Below are positions 1 through 13,929 of a stretch of DNA of 64,000 nucleotides, in pieces. The position numbers and the translations under genes are program-made. Positions within the stretch are counted from its first letter, which is position 1. Each line of letters begins with the position of its first letter. Below the pieces are notes generated by a model, which searched no databases, was not told where the DNA came from, and saw only the letters and a list, made by a program, of their open reading frames with translations. Where the stretch lies: assembly GCA_964270895.1 (NCBI GenBank), contig OZ185437.1. One strand, 5' to 3'. This DNA is from Podarcis filfolensis. Lineage: Eukaryota.

Positions 1-1623
1 ATCTGCTGAGGCTGTAGAGGCCATTAGAGGGGAGAGCAGTGTATCGTTCCAAAATATATTCATTAATATCCTCCGCTCTGTTGAAGAAGTGGCAGAGGAA
101 ATAATTATAAAAATCAGTAGGGCAGTACGTGGTTGCATATTATCTGTCAGCTATTCTAAGCAGCAGAGAAGATTCATTTTGGAGACTTGGCTTTCCAATA
201 CCAAGAGAGATTTACTAAGTCTCATACAACAATCTTTTGGGTGCTTATTGCCCATAAGCAGTAAGGATCACCTTCAGGTGATTAGGTATAGAAACTTTTT
301 ATAATTTGGAAGAGAGCTGAGTCTCCTTTCTTTCAAGTGTGAAATGACAAACACAGGTATGTGTGAGGCAGTGGGATACAAATTTTTCATAAATGTTGTT
401 GGCTTATTTGCAGGGCCTAGATGTGCTTCATCTTGTTTGTCAGCCAGAGCTGCTACAGAAATTTGATCTTTTTGCTTATGATGCTGATGAAACTTTTATG
501 ATACAAAGCTATAAACAACAAACAGCTCATACAGAATAATAACATTGAATATTGAACAGAAGACCCTTTTCTAGTCCCATATTGCTAATTTATTTACTTA
601 TTTATTTCGTAAAGTTTATACACAATTTTACTGTAAAGAAACCCTCAAAACAGTAATAACAAGAACTGAACCCCACAAGTACCAAATTATATGTTAACAT
701 TTATCGTAATTTCTATTCATGATCTTGCCCACCATTAATTTTCCAAATTGAACATACTTTTTGGGATAAATGGGGTCTCATTGTATTATTTTTGTAGCAT
801 AAGAAATAAAATCATTCCACACAACAAAATGTTGTGGTTTCACTAGCCCTTTGAAGTTTAAAACAATACCTCTAGATTAGGCTTTTGATAATATCAGTTG
901 AAACATCTCTGTAATATCTGCATGTTTTTTCCCCTTTGAGCCTGAAAAAAGGTAGGCTGAAGAAAATGTGTGTGTGTGAGGGGGGTGGCGTACACCATTA
1001 GGCTAAACCTATCAGAAAATTGATGTTGTTTAAGTTGTAAACAGCTGTTTTTCTGGACAGGGAGAAAAGCACCACCCAAAATGTCTTCCACTCCCCATGC
1101 TGGCATATCTCTTGTTGCTGTGATTCACAGCTGTTAATCTACACCACTTCTGGGTTTCTGCAGACATACAGGTGCCAGAACACTTGTTCATGTTTGCATC
1201 TATCTCATGAAAAGAAACACAAAGCTTTCTCTCAGTGAGCTGTTACAGAATCTATTCCCAAAAGAAACATTTGGCCTGCTCATATCACTTGCTAGCCATC
1301 ATATAGAAGCAGTCCCAAGGATATACTTTAGAGCACACAGAGCTTGAGATACAGTGCTCAGTGTTGACTTCACTGAAGTGGTGGGAAACCTGCAAAGCAC
1401 TTTACATTAACTGGAACCTATACACTCTTTGCACTGGTTCCCCGATTGCACTTGTAGCCCCATGAAAATGTTGCAAACATTTGTGTCACCTTTTCTTTCT
1501 CCAAACCTTTACAGATACAGACCATCTTAAAACATCCATATACAATACACACACACACACACACACAGAGAGAGAGAGAAATATAGTATCAGAAATTTTC
1601 ATTGGAGTGTCTTCCCGCTAAAC

Positions 1624-1730
1624 CAAGGGTAGGCAACATAAGGCCCATGCGCCGGATGCGGCCCAATCGCCTTCTCAATCCAGCCCGCGGATGGTCTGGG
1701 AATCAGCTTGTTTTTACATGAGTAGAATGT
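1624..1730 (+). mobile_element. hAT (Charlie-like) DNA transposon left-end fragment
   Basis: Begins CAAGGGTAGGCAACATAAGGCCC..GCCGGATGCGGCCC, resembling hAT TIRs of the CAGGGGTAGGCAACCT type. No right end found; abuts the BovB fragment. Confidence 0.6.
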
Positions 1731-1742
1731 AGTATGGGGAAT

Positions 1743-2366
1743 ATGGCCACTGGTCCCATCACCTCCTGGCAAATAGAAGGGGAAGAAATGGAGGCAGTGA
1801 GAGATTTTACTTTCTTGGGCTCCATGATCACTCCCACTTCTTCGGAGAAAAGCAATGACAAACATAGACAGCATCTTAAAAAGCAGAGACATCACCTTGC
1901 CAACAAAGGTCCGTATAGTTAAAGCTATGGTTTTCCCAGTAGTGATGTATGGAAGTGAGAGTTGGACCATAAAGAAGGCTGATCGCCAAAGAATTGATGC
2001 TTTTGAATTATGATGCTGGAGGAGACTCTTGAGAGCCCCATGGACTGCAAGAAGATCAAACCTCTCCATTCTTAAGGAAATCAGCCCTGAGTGCTCACTG
2101 GAAGGACAGATCGTGAAGCTGAGGCTCCAATACTTCTCATGAGAAGAGAAGACTCCCTGGAAAAGACCCTGATGTTGGAAAAGATGGAGGGCACAAGGAG
2201 AAGGGGACGACAGAGGACGAGATGGTCGGACAGTGTTCTCGAAGCTACCAGCATGTTTGACCAAACTGCGGGAGGCAGTGGAAGACAGGTGTGCCTGGCA
2301 CGCTCTGGTCCATGTGGTCACGAAGAGTCGGACATGACTAAATGACTAAACAACAACAACAACAAC
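1743..2366 (+). mobile_element. 5'-truncated RTE-BovB LINE (RT C-terminal region and 3' tail), degenerate
   Basis: ORF fragments MATGPITSWQIEGEEMEAVRDFTFLGSMIT and LMRREDSLEKTLMLEKMEGTRRRGRQRTRW are BovB ORF remnants. Ends GAGTCGGACATGACTAAATGACTAAA(CAA)n. Contains small deletions and frameshifts. Confidence 0.92.
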
Positions 2367-4930
2367 ATATATATAGAGAGAGAGAGAGAGAGAGAGTTGT
2401 TGCTTTTTCATGTCAGCTCCTAAGATGGTGCCAAGGTAGCATGTGCTTATGAGAGCTTTGCAAAATTCCTTTTAATTACAAGATGAGGGGGGGTTGCCTT
2501 GCTGCCCCCCTTCTTGTTCCCTTTTTATTCTTTTGATGAAAGCAATGTTATTTTATGTGTTCTATCTGTTCCAGCAACCCCAGTGTCGTAAATTAGTTTT
2601 AAGGAAACCCAACTGTCTTGTAGCCACCACCCAGGTTTCCTGTCGGCTATATCTCCACACTGCTAGAACTTATTTTAAGGACTTTTAACCTACACAACCT
2701 TTTAATCTTTTAAAGCCCTTTTAAACTCCTCTGATCCCCCTAAACCTTTCAAATATTTTAAACAAACCGAGGGAGAGGAAGAATTGCCATTGCTGAAGAG
2801 ACTACATCAAAGGAAATTCTGCTTGGTTTGGGGTTTTTTAATCTCTTTAGCCTCCTTTCTATCTCCTTGCCACCCACAAGTTAGCTGTAGACCTATCTGG
2901 ACTGGAACTCCACCATTTGACCCAAAAGTAAGGCCCTGTTGATATACGAAGAATCCCAGAAATGAGAAGAGCAAAAAGACCCAGGTGTCCCGATATGGAC
3001 AATGATACAGGGTCTTTAACACTCAAGCAGAGTAACTTGGACGATAAGTTTTGCCCCACAAAGAGCCTATATCTCTTCTAAAAAATCCCTCTAACTCTCT
3101 GCACAGAAACAACTGAGGAGACACTCCCTGGACTTAACGAGAAGGATAAGGCCATTACTCGCCTAATTGTGGCACAAAGGCTTATTTGTGTCACCACTGA
3201 GGGTCGTTGGGAATAGTGGGAGATTGCATTGCACACTCTTCCCACTGCTAGTGGTCAGGTTTGGGGCAGAGAAAAGTAGGACATCTATGCATCCTCCTTC
3301 ACAGAGGACAGCCTTCTGTCTGAAGAAATCCTCTATTTGAAAACTGCCCAGTCCAAGACTAATTTATGGATCAAGAATCAAGGGCCTGGAAGTTGGCCAC
3401 CAATAGTTTAGCATCTGGACGTCAAGCTGATGAGGTACACAGGTCACCTCGTCACAGTCCTCTGCACTATGGTGAGATGCACTGTATTTATGTTTCATTA
3501 TAACCATTATTTCAAAAATCATATCTGTCCCTATGAATTAACATATGCAAACTTTATGCAAATCTGCGGCCAGTTTTTTTGCAGTGTGTGAGGTGTAAGT
3601 GGCCACTGTGAGGAAAAGGAGGCGAAGAGGGGGCAGGAAGGGCTCATGGGTGGTTAAGAGTTGAGCTTGGGCCCCCAAGGAGTGAGTCTGGGCGTGATTT
3701 GGAACCTAGAGGTTCAAATTCAGAGGATTCACTTTTCCTGCACACATTTCAAATCAGTACAGAGCCTCATTTATTGACATGAACGAGGAAGCCTGCTCTA
3801 GGTATAAGCAATATAAACATTTACATCATGATGATTTATCAATAAAGGGTCCATTGTTTCTACACCAAGTTCTAAAAAAATCCCCACTAACTTCAAGAGA
3901 AGATTTAAAAAAAATGCAGTCTGTCATAACTAAGCTTTACAGAACTTAGTTAAGGCAGTAATGAGAAGATTTTTACTAAGATATGTGTGGAAATGGTTGC
4001 TGCTGCTTTGTTTCTCTAAATGTGTTATATTATCTGTGTCTGATTTCTAAGATGAATGTGTCTCTGCGGTCCTCAAATGAAAACACATTTGCACAAATTC
4101 CAGATACTAGTTTATACAGCTTAGTGTTAAAAAAAGAAAAGAAAAGATGCTCGTTGCTAGGCAGCAATGGTGATAATTCATGGTAATGCTGTTTTGGAAA
4201 TAATCATTTTATACAGCATAATGACTTTTGGAATGCAAGAGATGCGTTTAGAAAAGTGTAAGAATTTATGAATCCTTTACTAAATAGCATCAGTTTAAAT
4301 TTATTCTAGTGCATGAATCTTTGTTCTGGAGATGCATTTGAATCCTTTTGCATTTTTTACCCCTAGTAGTACCTATCAACATGGTTTGGGACTACACTGG
4401 GGTGCATTTCTATAAGTAAACTATAGAGGAACGGCATGTATTTTTCATCTTGTGGTGCAATACTCTGTAAAAATGGATTGCAGCACAGAAGAGGTGGTGG
4501 ACCTCAGGCCCAGGGGCCAGGTGCAGGCTCTCCCTCTATGTGAGGTACCTTCTCTTCCTGTTCAAGCCAAGTGGTTCAGGCTTAGAAAGTGGATGGATTT
4601 GCTTGCAGGCTCTTGGTTGGAACATTATTACACATAGGGAGGTGCATAGAGAATCCATTCCAACAGAATACATAGGAAGAATTGTATGTCTAGTGGCATT
4701 TTGTTCAAGTAACATTTGATCCTATGATGCTTTGAAATTCTGCCAAGTTAAAAATTATGTCATACAGGAGATGTAGTTAAGGAAAAGAAATGAAAAGAGG
4801 GGAAACTGCTTTACTACTCTTGTGCTATCGCCTGTGTGCTTGGAAAGAGGTTTGTCGGGTCACAGAATATGTGATGTTGTACCTGTCAGTGCACTAGAAG
4901 CACTTGGCTCTCCTCACAGCTGCCCATATT

Positions 4931-5023
4931 CTCCCATCATCCCTGAGCTCTGGCCTTGCTAGCTAGGGATGATGGGAGTTGTAGTTCAAAGACATCTGGC
5001 GACCCACAGGTTGAGAAAGGCTG
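4931..5023. mobile_element. Partial palindromic MITE (same family as 37944 and 41965)
   Basis: Perfect 14-bp inverted repeat CTCCCATCATCCCT (4931-4944) / AGGGATGATGGGAG (4965-4978), followed by TTGTAGTTCAAAGACATCTGG...AGGTTGAGAAAGGCTG. Confidence 0.65.
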
Positions 5024-5959
5024 CCCTAGACAGTGTAGGGTTCTCAGGCTTTTGAACGGCCCCACCTATCCACACCGACTATTGAGCCCTTCCAGGAAGA
5101 CACAGAAAATGCTTCTAACTTGGGCTGAGATTTTGTTAAACAAGTATTCTCCCTGGCTCTAGGACCTTTTGGTGCATCCTTTGGTTTTCTCGTTCTTCTT
5201 CTGTGACTCCTAATGTTGCTCCTCTGCTCTGACACTTGGCTTCAGTGGGGGAGGAAGTGGGGTGTGGCGGGTGTGGGCTGGTCCGGGTGTCATCATTGAG
5301 GGTGGGGGTGACAAAATGACAAAAATATGAGTTTAAAAAAATAAAATTTGGGCTCATGAAACTTTTTAGTTCAGTCAACAAACACAATGAAACGCAGCTG
5401 GCACTGGGTGCCACACCACGGGGGCCGGCACATACCGTGGGGGCTGCAGCATGCCTGAGCCACGTGTCTCTCCCGGGAGTGATGTGGTGGCTTGAGCACC
5501 TGCAGGCTTGGCGCTGCCTGAAACGGCAGTGTGGAGCTTTCGTCTGCCCGCCACCTCTCCCTCAGCCACCCTACAGCTGAGGGGGAGGCTGCGGAGAGGC
5601 TCCACGCAGTGTGCCCCACCCCCATGGGTGGCTCGCTCCGCCCCCAGCTGCAGGACGTGTGTGCCACACCAGCACCCGAGCGGCTAGCTAGGCTGCTGCT
5701 TGGCTTGATCCCTTGACTCTGACCCCCTGACACGGCACCTAACTCTTGAGACCTGGCGCCCTCCTCTCTGACTGCTTCCAAAAGCTCAGCCATGTGGCAA
5801 ACAAGCTAGAGAATACATTGTGCCTTGCAAGATTACTTTTCAAGTCTCCAAACTCTGCATTTGATATTCTTGGTAATGCTGAAATATCCGAACCAAACCT
5901 TCAGTTTATTTGTGTGAAGCAGCCATTTTTCTCTTTTCAGAGCCAGGATAACGTTTCTA

Positions 5960-6330
5960 AAATATCGTGTTCCCTTCTGGGTATGTCTGAATAGGAATGA
6001 TGTTGACAAATTGGAAAGGATTCAAAGGAGAGAAATAAGCATGATTAAAGGTCTGAGGGGATTGATTGATTTATGAGCAATGAGTACAAGAACTAAAGCT
6101 TCCTTGCTTTGAAAAAAAAAAGAATGACTAAAGAAGATATGTGAACAGTTTACAAGATTTTCAAGGGTAGCAACACAGAGGACAGGGAATCATTATTTGT
6201 ATGTCTGCAAGTGGAATCCATTTGGGATGAAGGAACAGAAACAAATAAAGCAAAGGGAAATAAACTGTCAACAGAGAATGATTGCACCTGAAGGTCAGCT
6301 TTAGAGATGCAGGATTTTCCATGTTATAGC
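5960..6330 (+). mobile_element. Ancient CR1 LINE ORF2 fragment
   Basis: Translates VPFWVCLNRNDVDKLERIQRREISMIKGL, parallel to VQFW....KDIDKLE..QRR.TKMIKGL in the younger CR1 at 11 kb; then decays. Boundaries approximate. Confidence 0.65.
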
Positions 6331-9300
6331 CACAACAAATTATTCAATGCCCTATTTCTAAATTTAGTCTCTTTTAATAGTGTATGCTGACCTAAAGGCG
6401 AGTTGAGGTTGATTAAATATACCTCAGATCTTACCTCAGAAGGTGCTAGACCCTCCTTCATTGGGTTTTTAAAAACAGATGTTGGCTGGCCCTTGGGCAG
6501 GTATTCTGTAGCTTTGATTCCTTCATTGCAGCGAGTTGGAGGAGATGACCCTTGGGGTGCCTTCCAACGGTACAATTACCTGAGTCTGTGAAATGTCTGT
6601 AAATCTCATTGGTAGTATATTTTGAATAGGGACAGGTTTTACGACAACCTACTGAGTTGCTGCAAACAGAAACAAAGAGTTAATCCTTTGATTGTTATTT
6701 TAAATGAAGCAATCTGCAGGGTTTGCCAGCTTTTCAACCCTGCCAGTCTATCCTCTGCTTGCTCTTCCCATTACTTCTGTCCATTCTCCTGGCACAAAAA
6801 GTATGTTTAAAGGAATGGACCTATTTTTCACTTGTCTATAGGTTGTTTGGATTATTTTTCATGGCTGTTTCTTACTGAATTGGTTTATAGCCAATTTCTT
6901 AGAACATTCCATGATATAGTAGCCAAATCAAACCCATTAAACTGGAAACATTCCCACTCCCTTAATTTGCCCCCAGTGAGAGATTTATACCACTGGGGAT
7001 GTTTATATGGTGATTAACAGTGCTATAAGAAAGAAACTTCATTTGAAACTTGGCAAAGCTGCCTTTTATAATGCCTTATATGAGTCTCCTATGTAACCAC
7101 TTTAGTCAAATCCTACGTTTATATTTCCCATCTGGAATAATTTCCCTACATGCTACATAATTCTTCAGTTGGGCAGGCATAATGATTACAGAACTCAAAA
7201 ATTGTTCTTTTGAAAACAGGTATGATGTCTTAGGCACTTTAGTCATGTGCAGGAAACCCAATGGGCAGGCAGCTACCTGTTGATCATGACAGTTTTCTGT
7301 GAAGTTTAATTTTCAGCACAAATGTCAGCATGTAAATGGGAGTGACGTTCCTGCCAAACTACAAGCCACCTCCTGTCAAGAATCACTTTTCATAACAAAC
7401 AACGATGGCTCCTTGTAAGTATGGTTGGTCAACTTGTTTGGCACTACAATTCCTTTTGTGTTCCATGTTTTTCAGTTGTATGTTTTATCACAATAGTGGT
7501 AAGCAAAAACATGCTTTACATCCCACCCCCATTCAGGAGCTGCGTTAAGCATGTGGGCACAGAAACTTTCTGACTCCAAGACACCTTTGGGGCCAACCTG
7601 AAGGCACGTCTCAAGACAACTTTCCAGGTGCCTAAGGGTGCACCAAACCTTATCTACCTCATAACTTCCTGCACCTATCTGCCAATGGGGCCAATTAACC
7701 TATTTAATGACTACCACCCACTTTATACAGCCATCACACATCAGCATAGAGTAGGTGAAAACTTCTGACAGCAAAGCCAATTAGCTGACAAACAAAACAT
7801 TCCTACTTTGTCCACTAAATGCTAATCAGCCACTGCCTGCACTGCTAGTAGGGTCGGAAGTGGCGGTAGCCCAATGAGTGAAGAGGTCAGGGGCTGAAAG
7901 GGCTTAAGTAGCCCACATTGGTCCTACCCTCTCTCTAGCATTGGTGCAGCATGTGACAGTGCACTGAAGCCTTTTGTCAGACCTCCCTCATTCCTCTGTG
8001 TTGCTGCAAAAGCCACTTGCCACCACAGCCGCTTCTAGAGCAGCAAGCATAGGAAAGTGATAGCTTGCATAGGTGAATGTGCCATTACATAACAGGCAGA
8101 TGTTTTATATCAACACAAATCATCTGCATGGCAGTTTTTAATGAAGTGTCCAGTCAAGTGTAGAGGAATCAAATTACAGAGACACGTTTGTGTGAACCTG
8201 CTCTCTCTGTGTTGCTTAATGACATAACATGCTAAATTATTTACTTGTATTGGTTTTTAAATTTTCTGTGGCATTTTTCTTTCCAAGGAAATTCAAAACA
8301 GCTAGAAAAGGACAGACAGTTGAAAATATGATCAAAAAATACTAACAAAAAGACCAGCACATTTTGTGTTCTGCATTTTATCAGCTGCATGAGTTACATT
8401 GTCTTGATTTAATGTCACCTATCCATGCTCCTTGATTTGTACTAATTCGTCATAATTTTTCTTCCCAATTGACACAATTAGGAGCTACTGTTCTTTGTGC
8501 CATTTACTTATAAAGGCTGTGTTAAGGGAGCACTACTTCAATTTAACATACTTCTCTCTTCACAACTCTGTTAGACAAGGAACATGGCCATTTTCTTGGC
8601 ATCTCCCATATCCAGAGTCCCAATGGTTTTTAACATTGCTCAATCTCTTCTACCACATGACATAAATCAAAGTAGTCTGCTAATCAGTTAGCCTTTTCAC
8701 AGGAGGGCAGGGCACAAATGGCAAAAGTTAGACTTAATCTGACTGTCAGTGGTTACTGTAAAGACACTAGACCTTCTTGTTGTGTATTTGTTTAAAGCAT
8801 AATTTGCTTATTTTATTTTTAAAGTGATGCTGCCAAATTTGCTGTGGTTCAAGATTTGTTTGGCATGTGAATTTGTAATGCTTAGCCTTATCCCAAATTG
8901 AGTGCCATTTCCCCCTAAATTATTTTCTGGCAGGATTTAGCATAATCTAGGCCTAAAAAAGCCTCCTCCCTGGCTCTTCTTTTGTACCCTTTCTAGTTAC
9001 CTGGTGGCTGCCTCAATAGCAGTAGTGGATAGAGAGTTCTAGAGATACCTAGAAACATTCTGGGATATGCTTGCCCCAGGAATTCTGGGAGATGAAATTG
9101 TTTTCCCATAGTCCCGTCACCTAGGATGCTAACATTCCAGGCACCGGAGGAGGAAAAGTACGGGGCTTCTCAAGCTTTAAATCTCTTATGCTGTAGACAC
9201 TGCCATGCCTGGGAAGTGGTCAGTGATGTCATCTGGAGTGCAATTGGGTTTCCAAATATGGAACTGGGTTCCAGAACAACCAGTTTTCCCCCCTAACCTT

Positions 9301-10860
9301 GAGGAAGGTCTGCACGTCACTATCATTTTAAATTATATTGATTTAAATTCGTATTTTAGTCTTTTAATCATTGCCCAGCATAGGAGACATTCCTGGCTGT
9401 TTGACCGGATCTAAATTCTGGAAATAAATGAATGAAACCTAGTTCCTGCAACCAACCACACTTCTTCAGGTCCTGTCCATGTATTCCCATTAAGTTTGTT
9501 TTCAAACATGGCTTTGAAGGCTTTTTAAAAGGAAAGCTAATCTGCAATAAAATCTCTCCCTTATCAGTCTCTACAGCCACAGCAGGCACTGTAACTCTCC
9601 AATGGTTTGGCTTTACCCCTGAAGGATCGCTGTTCCATTGTCTCCCAAGACGGAGGCCAAGAAGTTGCAGAATTAATTTATACGTTACCTTTCAGAACAT
9701 GGATAAACCCAGTCCAGAAGATTTACTATTAATAAGAGACAAATTCATGAAACCTCGAGAATGCTCTTTAATTTAGCTTTAATACCGTGCTTTCCTACTC
9801 TTGTTCTTAAAGTATTTAAGATCTAATAGGAAAGAAATGGAGAGGGAATACTGCTGAAGCAGCAGTCTCTTGAGAACATTGTTTTCAGTATATGAAGCTC
9901 TTTGTGACTTATATAGTTCTACAATACAAGGGTGAATCATGTATTGGAACCACATATTGAAATGATCTTAATTAAGGCTTTGTCTGGGATGTAATATTCT
10001 TTGATGTAGTAGTTCTTTGAAATTCTGCTTGTAGCAAGTTTCATTTTTTGCTTTGTGCTTTTAGGTTTTCTTTTCTTTTCAGGGAGTCAGAGGGCACTTT
10101 GGATCCAGTAATTTGGCGGACTTGTTAGAAAGAAAATACTCCTGTCAAAGAGCTAACTAAATTCAAAAAATATGACTAAGAGAATCAATCACTCATCATA
10201 ACTCTGCAACCCATCCATTGGTCTTGCTTGTGGCAACTGTTGACATCAGTTGAGGACTACAGTAACACCCATCTCAAAGACTACTTTGTCTAGACACGTT
10301 GACAAACTTGGGAAAATGAAGATCATGGCTGCTTTTGGTTCATCTTTCTTTTCCTTTGTTTTCAATGTAGCTAGGGACATTACTGGATTTCACACTAGTG
10401 AGGCAGTAGGATGGCTACTGCATAACCACTTAAGTGAGAAATGTCCAGGTGTGTCATCGTACTATGGTTCCAGAGGGAAAAGTTGTATTTAGCTATTTCT
10501 TGCTGTCACAAGAGCCTTCACGTGCCAGTTTTATTATTAGGGTGGTTCAAGAAAAGAGCACAATGGGTAGGGGAAGCAACTGTCTCAACTTCTCAATTAA
10601 TCTTAGAGCTCTACAAATAGGCAGAGTGAAATGGCCACCCCAGCAGTGGTTGCTTGGGCTAGGTGGCAATGACTAGGTGTTGGAAAATAGTAAAATGATC
10701 TATGTTCCCTAAACTAGCTTGCTGTCTTCAGGTGTAGGTGTGATTGTGGATGCTATTGCAATACCACTGTGGTCAGCTGATACTCAACTGTATGTGAGAT
10801 TAGGGAAGCCCATTTGTCCTTTACCCCAGGCAGCAGAAGGTGATGGGCAACCCCTGATTA

Positions 10861-11390
10861 ATCACAGAATTGTAGAGCTGCAGTGCAGGAATCTCAGCTA
10901 AAGCATCCATGACAGATGACTATCCTTCCTTGGAGGTTTTTAAGCAGAGGATGGAGAGTCTGCAACCTCCCAAGGGAGTCCATCCCACTGTTGAATAGCT
11001 CTTACTGGCAGAATTTTCTTCTTGATGTTTAGTCAGAATCTCCTTTCTTGTAACTTTTCATTGGGTTGAGTCCTATCTTCCAGGGCAGGAGAAAACAAGC
11101 TTGCTCCATCTTCCATAAGACAGCCCTTTAGATATTTGAAGATGGCTATCGTATCTCCTCTCAGTTTCCTCTCTACAAAGCTAAACATACCCAGCTCCCT
11201 CAACCGTTCCTCATAAGGCTTGGTTTCCAGACCCTTGATCATCTTGGTCACCCTCCTCTGCATACATTCCAGCTTGTCAATATCCTTCCTAAATTGTGGC
11301 ACCCAGAACTGGGTACAGTATTCCTGGTGTGGTCTGACCAAGGCAGAATAGAATGGTACTATTACTTCCCTTGATCTGGACACTATACTT
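10861..11390 (-). mobile_element. 5'-truncated CR1 LINE (ORF2 C-terminus and 3' UTR)
   Basis: Minus-strand [76 protein letters not shown] is typical CR1 ORF2; ATTCT-type tail near 10861. Confidence 0.92.
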
Positions 11391-13929
11391 CTTCCACGTT
11401 TTGGTGAAATATGGCTATCATATGCCTCTTCCTCCTCTGGAGAGTGGCAGGAATAGTTCTGTACACTGTACCTGCTAAAGCCACCTCAGAGTGTTCTAAG
11501 GTCTGCAACTGCTGTTGTTGCTCCTCTGGCCCTGAATTGGAAAATAGATTGCTGGCAGAGTAGAAGATTTGGGCCTCTAATCTGGGCATATTTCTTCAAG
11601 CATCTGCATTCGTAGATGGTACCCAAATACTTCCCCTTTGTTAGAGCATAAAGTAGATAAAAGGTCTCGGCCTGGAAAGGGGAGGATGTTTTTCATTTGA
11701 CAGTCTTAAGCCCTAAGCACCATTACATAAATAAAACTAGCAGAACTCTACATTTTTATAACTCAGCCTTGCTGTGGGAGAGTTTCTCCTGCAAGTTCCA
11801 AAGATCACAGAAGCCCTCTCTACAGTAACTTGAAGTACAGCTTTTAGCATGGCTGCCCCAGTTATGTGAATAGGATTCCTGTCAAGATACAGTAAGTGCC
11901 TGGTATCTACACTTCTGGAAACAATTGAAGACAGGATTGTTCTGACAGGCTTTCCCAGCTGGAAAAATGGGTCTTTACCACAAGTGTTTTTAGCTTTGTT
12001 TAAAATCTACTTGCTGTTTTTGTACTCCTAAACTGGTTTTAATTATATTTGTTGTACATTGCCTTGCAACAGTCGTTTAGAATGCAGCTAATAAATCATT
12101 GATGGTGATGATGATAGTTTACAGAAGGGGTGAGTGATGACCTCATCACTATCAACATTCAAAAGGGTAAAACCATCACCGACAGCAGTGAAGCCAGAAT
12201 GGCACTCCTTTGGGGATGGTCCTTCCATGTGACTTTGGCATGATATAAAGAGACCTTACCCGCCATGTGCTTCCACTAGTTTCTATGAGGTTACAAAGGA
12301 TAAAAATCAGGGGATTAAATTGTTTCTCTTGTGTGTGATCATAAACCCACTTAAAGTGATTAAGTAGATGCTGTCAAAAGGAGCTGTTGTTGTACACTGT
12401 TGCAAGAGGCATGCATCACATGGGAAAAATAAGTAAACCTGAACTATTGGAAGATGTTAGCAAAGCCATCATGTATTATACTCTCCAAACAGTCATTTAG
12501 TTATTGATTTTATTTATTTAGTGTTCATTGGAGAACTTGCTATCTTTCAGAATTAATTGGATATAAAGCTAAAGGAATGCTGAGCCTACCAGCACAATTG
12601 GCCTGCACAACAGTCTCAGGAAATCAGTGTACAACTTAACACACGTGTTACGACTTGTCAGTGGTGAGATGTAATTATGTGGAGGTAATGATTCCCCTGT
12701 AACTTATTGCTAAACAGACATCTATAAAGCAGTTCACTTGATCTCATTCTCTGATCATCAGGGATAGACCTGCCTAGTGCACCTACCTTTCTGTAAATAT
12801 ATATAGATATCCCTGAAGCTCTTACATGACTTGAATAGTAGAATTAGTGCAAGAATAGAATCTTAATGTTTGGTATACTTTGGATTCTCAGTTGCTAGAG
12901 ACAAAGAACAGGACACAGGACCTCCTCTTTTCCCCATGCGTGCCCTGCTACTGCCTCACAGGTAGAGAGGGCGAGTGGCATTGGCTGCTCCAAGCTTCCC
13001 CTCCCCACCTGCTCACCCAATTGTGTTGGGTGGCCTAGTGATTGCATCAGCAGAAATAGTAGTGATAATCACTCATCTGTCCTCTTCTGGCTGGCATTGA
13101 CAGCTGTGCTTTCTGCTGCTACAGATTGCATGCCCTCTTGCTTGCTGAACTGGTAGAGTGGGAAGAGTGCCAGAAATTTGTCCTGTTTCTTTTTTAAAAA
13201 ACACCCAAAAACTATTTTCCATCAATTAATGAGAAAAGAAATACCAAAATTATCAAAAAGAGAAAAGTTCAGTGAAATTATCATGGTTGGATGCTTACCT
13301 TACTTTACCTTACTTGAGACAACAGGCATTCTCAAGTGTCCTTTGTATTATTCTGCCAATCAGTCCTTTGGTGGGCTGCACTCTGCAGTCTTCCCAGGTG
13401 CTTTCCTTTCCAGAAAACCCTATGGCACCCACAAGTGGGCTTTCCTGTGAGCACAAGAAAGCAGGGAGGATGCTAACTGTGCACCTGCAAGCTGGTCATT
13501 GTTGGTTTTTAAGTGAAGTCTTTTTATTTTAACAGGCATCAGTGTTCAAAGGTTTCCCTCCATAAGGCTCAAGGAAGGACTCCTCTTAAAAACAAATCCA
13601 GAGAGAGTGTCAATCTCAGACATTTGGTAGCCAGCCTCCCTGCCTTCCCATGACTCAATTAAAGCTGTGGAGAAGGCACTGTGAGGTAACTCTTTGTGTC
13701 CTGAACCCCAACGTACCTGTAGACCCATCCAGCTGGTGTATACAGTTCCAAGGGCAAATGCTAGCAAGTAGTACAGCAATATGACAGGTCAGGAAACACA
13801 GTCCAGGTTCAATACAGCAAGCCAAGTCCATAGTCCAACAGTCAAGCCAGGTTCCCACCTCTGCAGCCTTTCCAGGGTCAGGGAATCTGGAGTTCAGTCC
13901 TGAAAAGCACAGTTGACATCCTATGCCCT

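Noticed and set aside
1599-2321. 240-aa minus-strand ORF
   Set aside because: Antisense to the BovB and hAT fragments; no independent homology.
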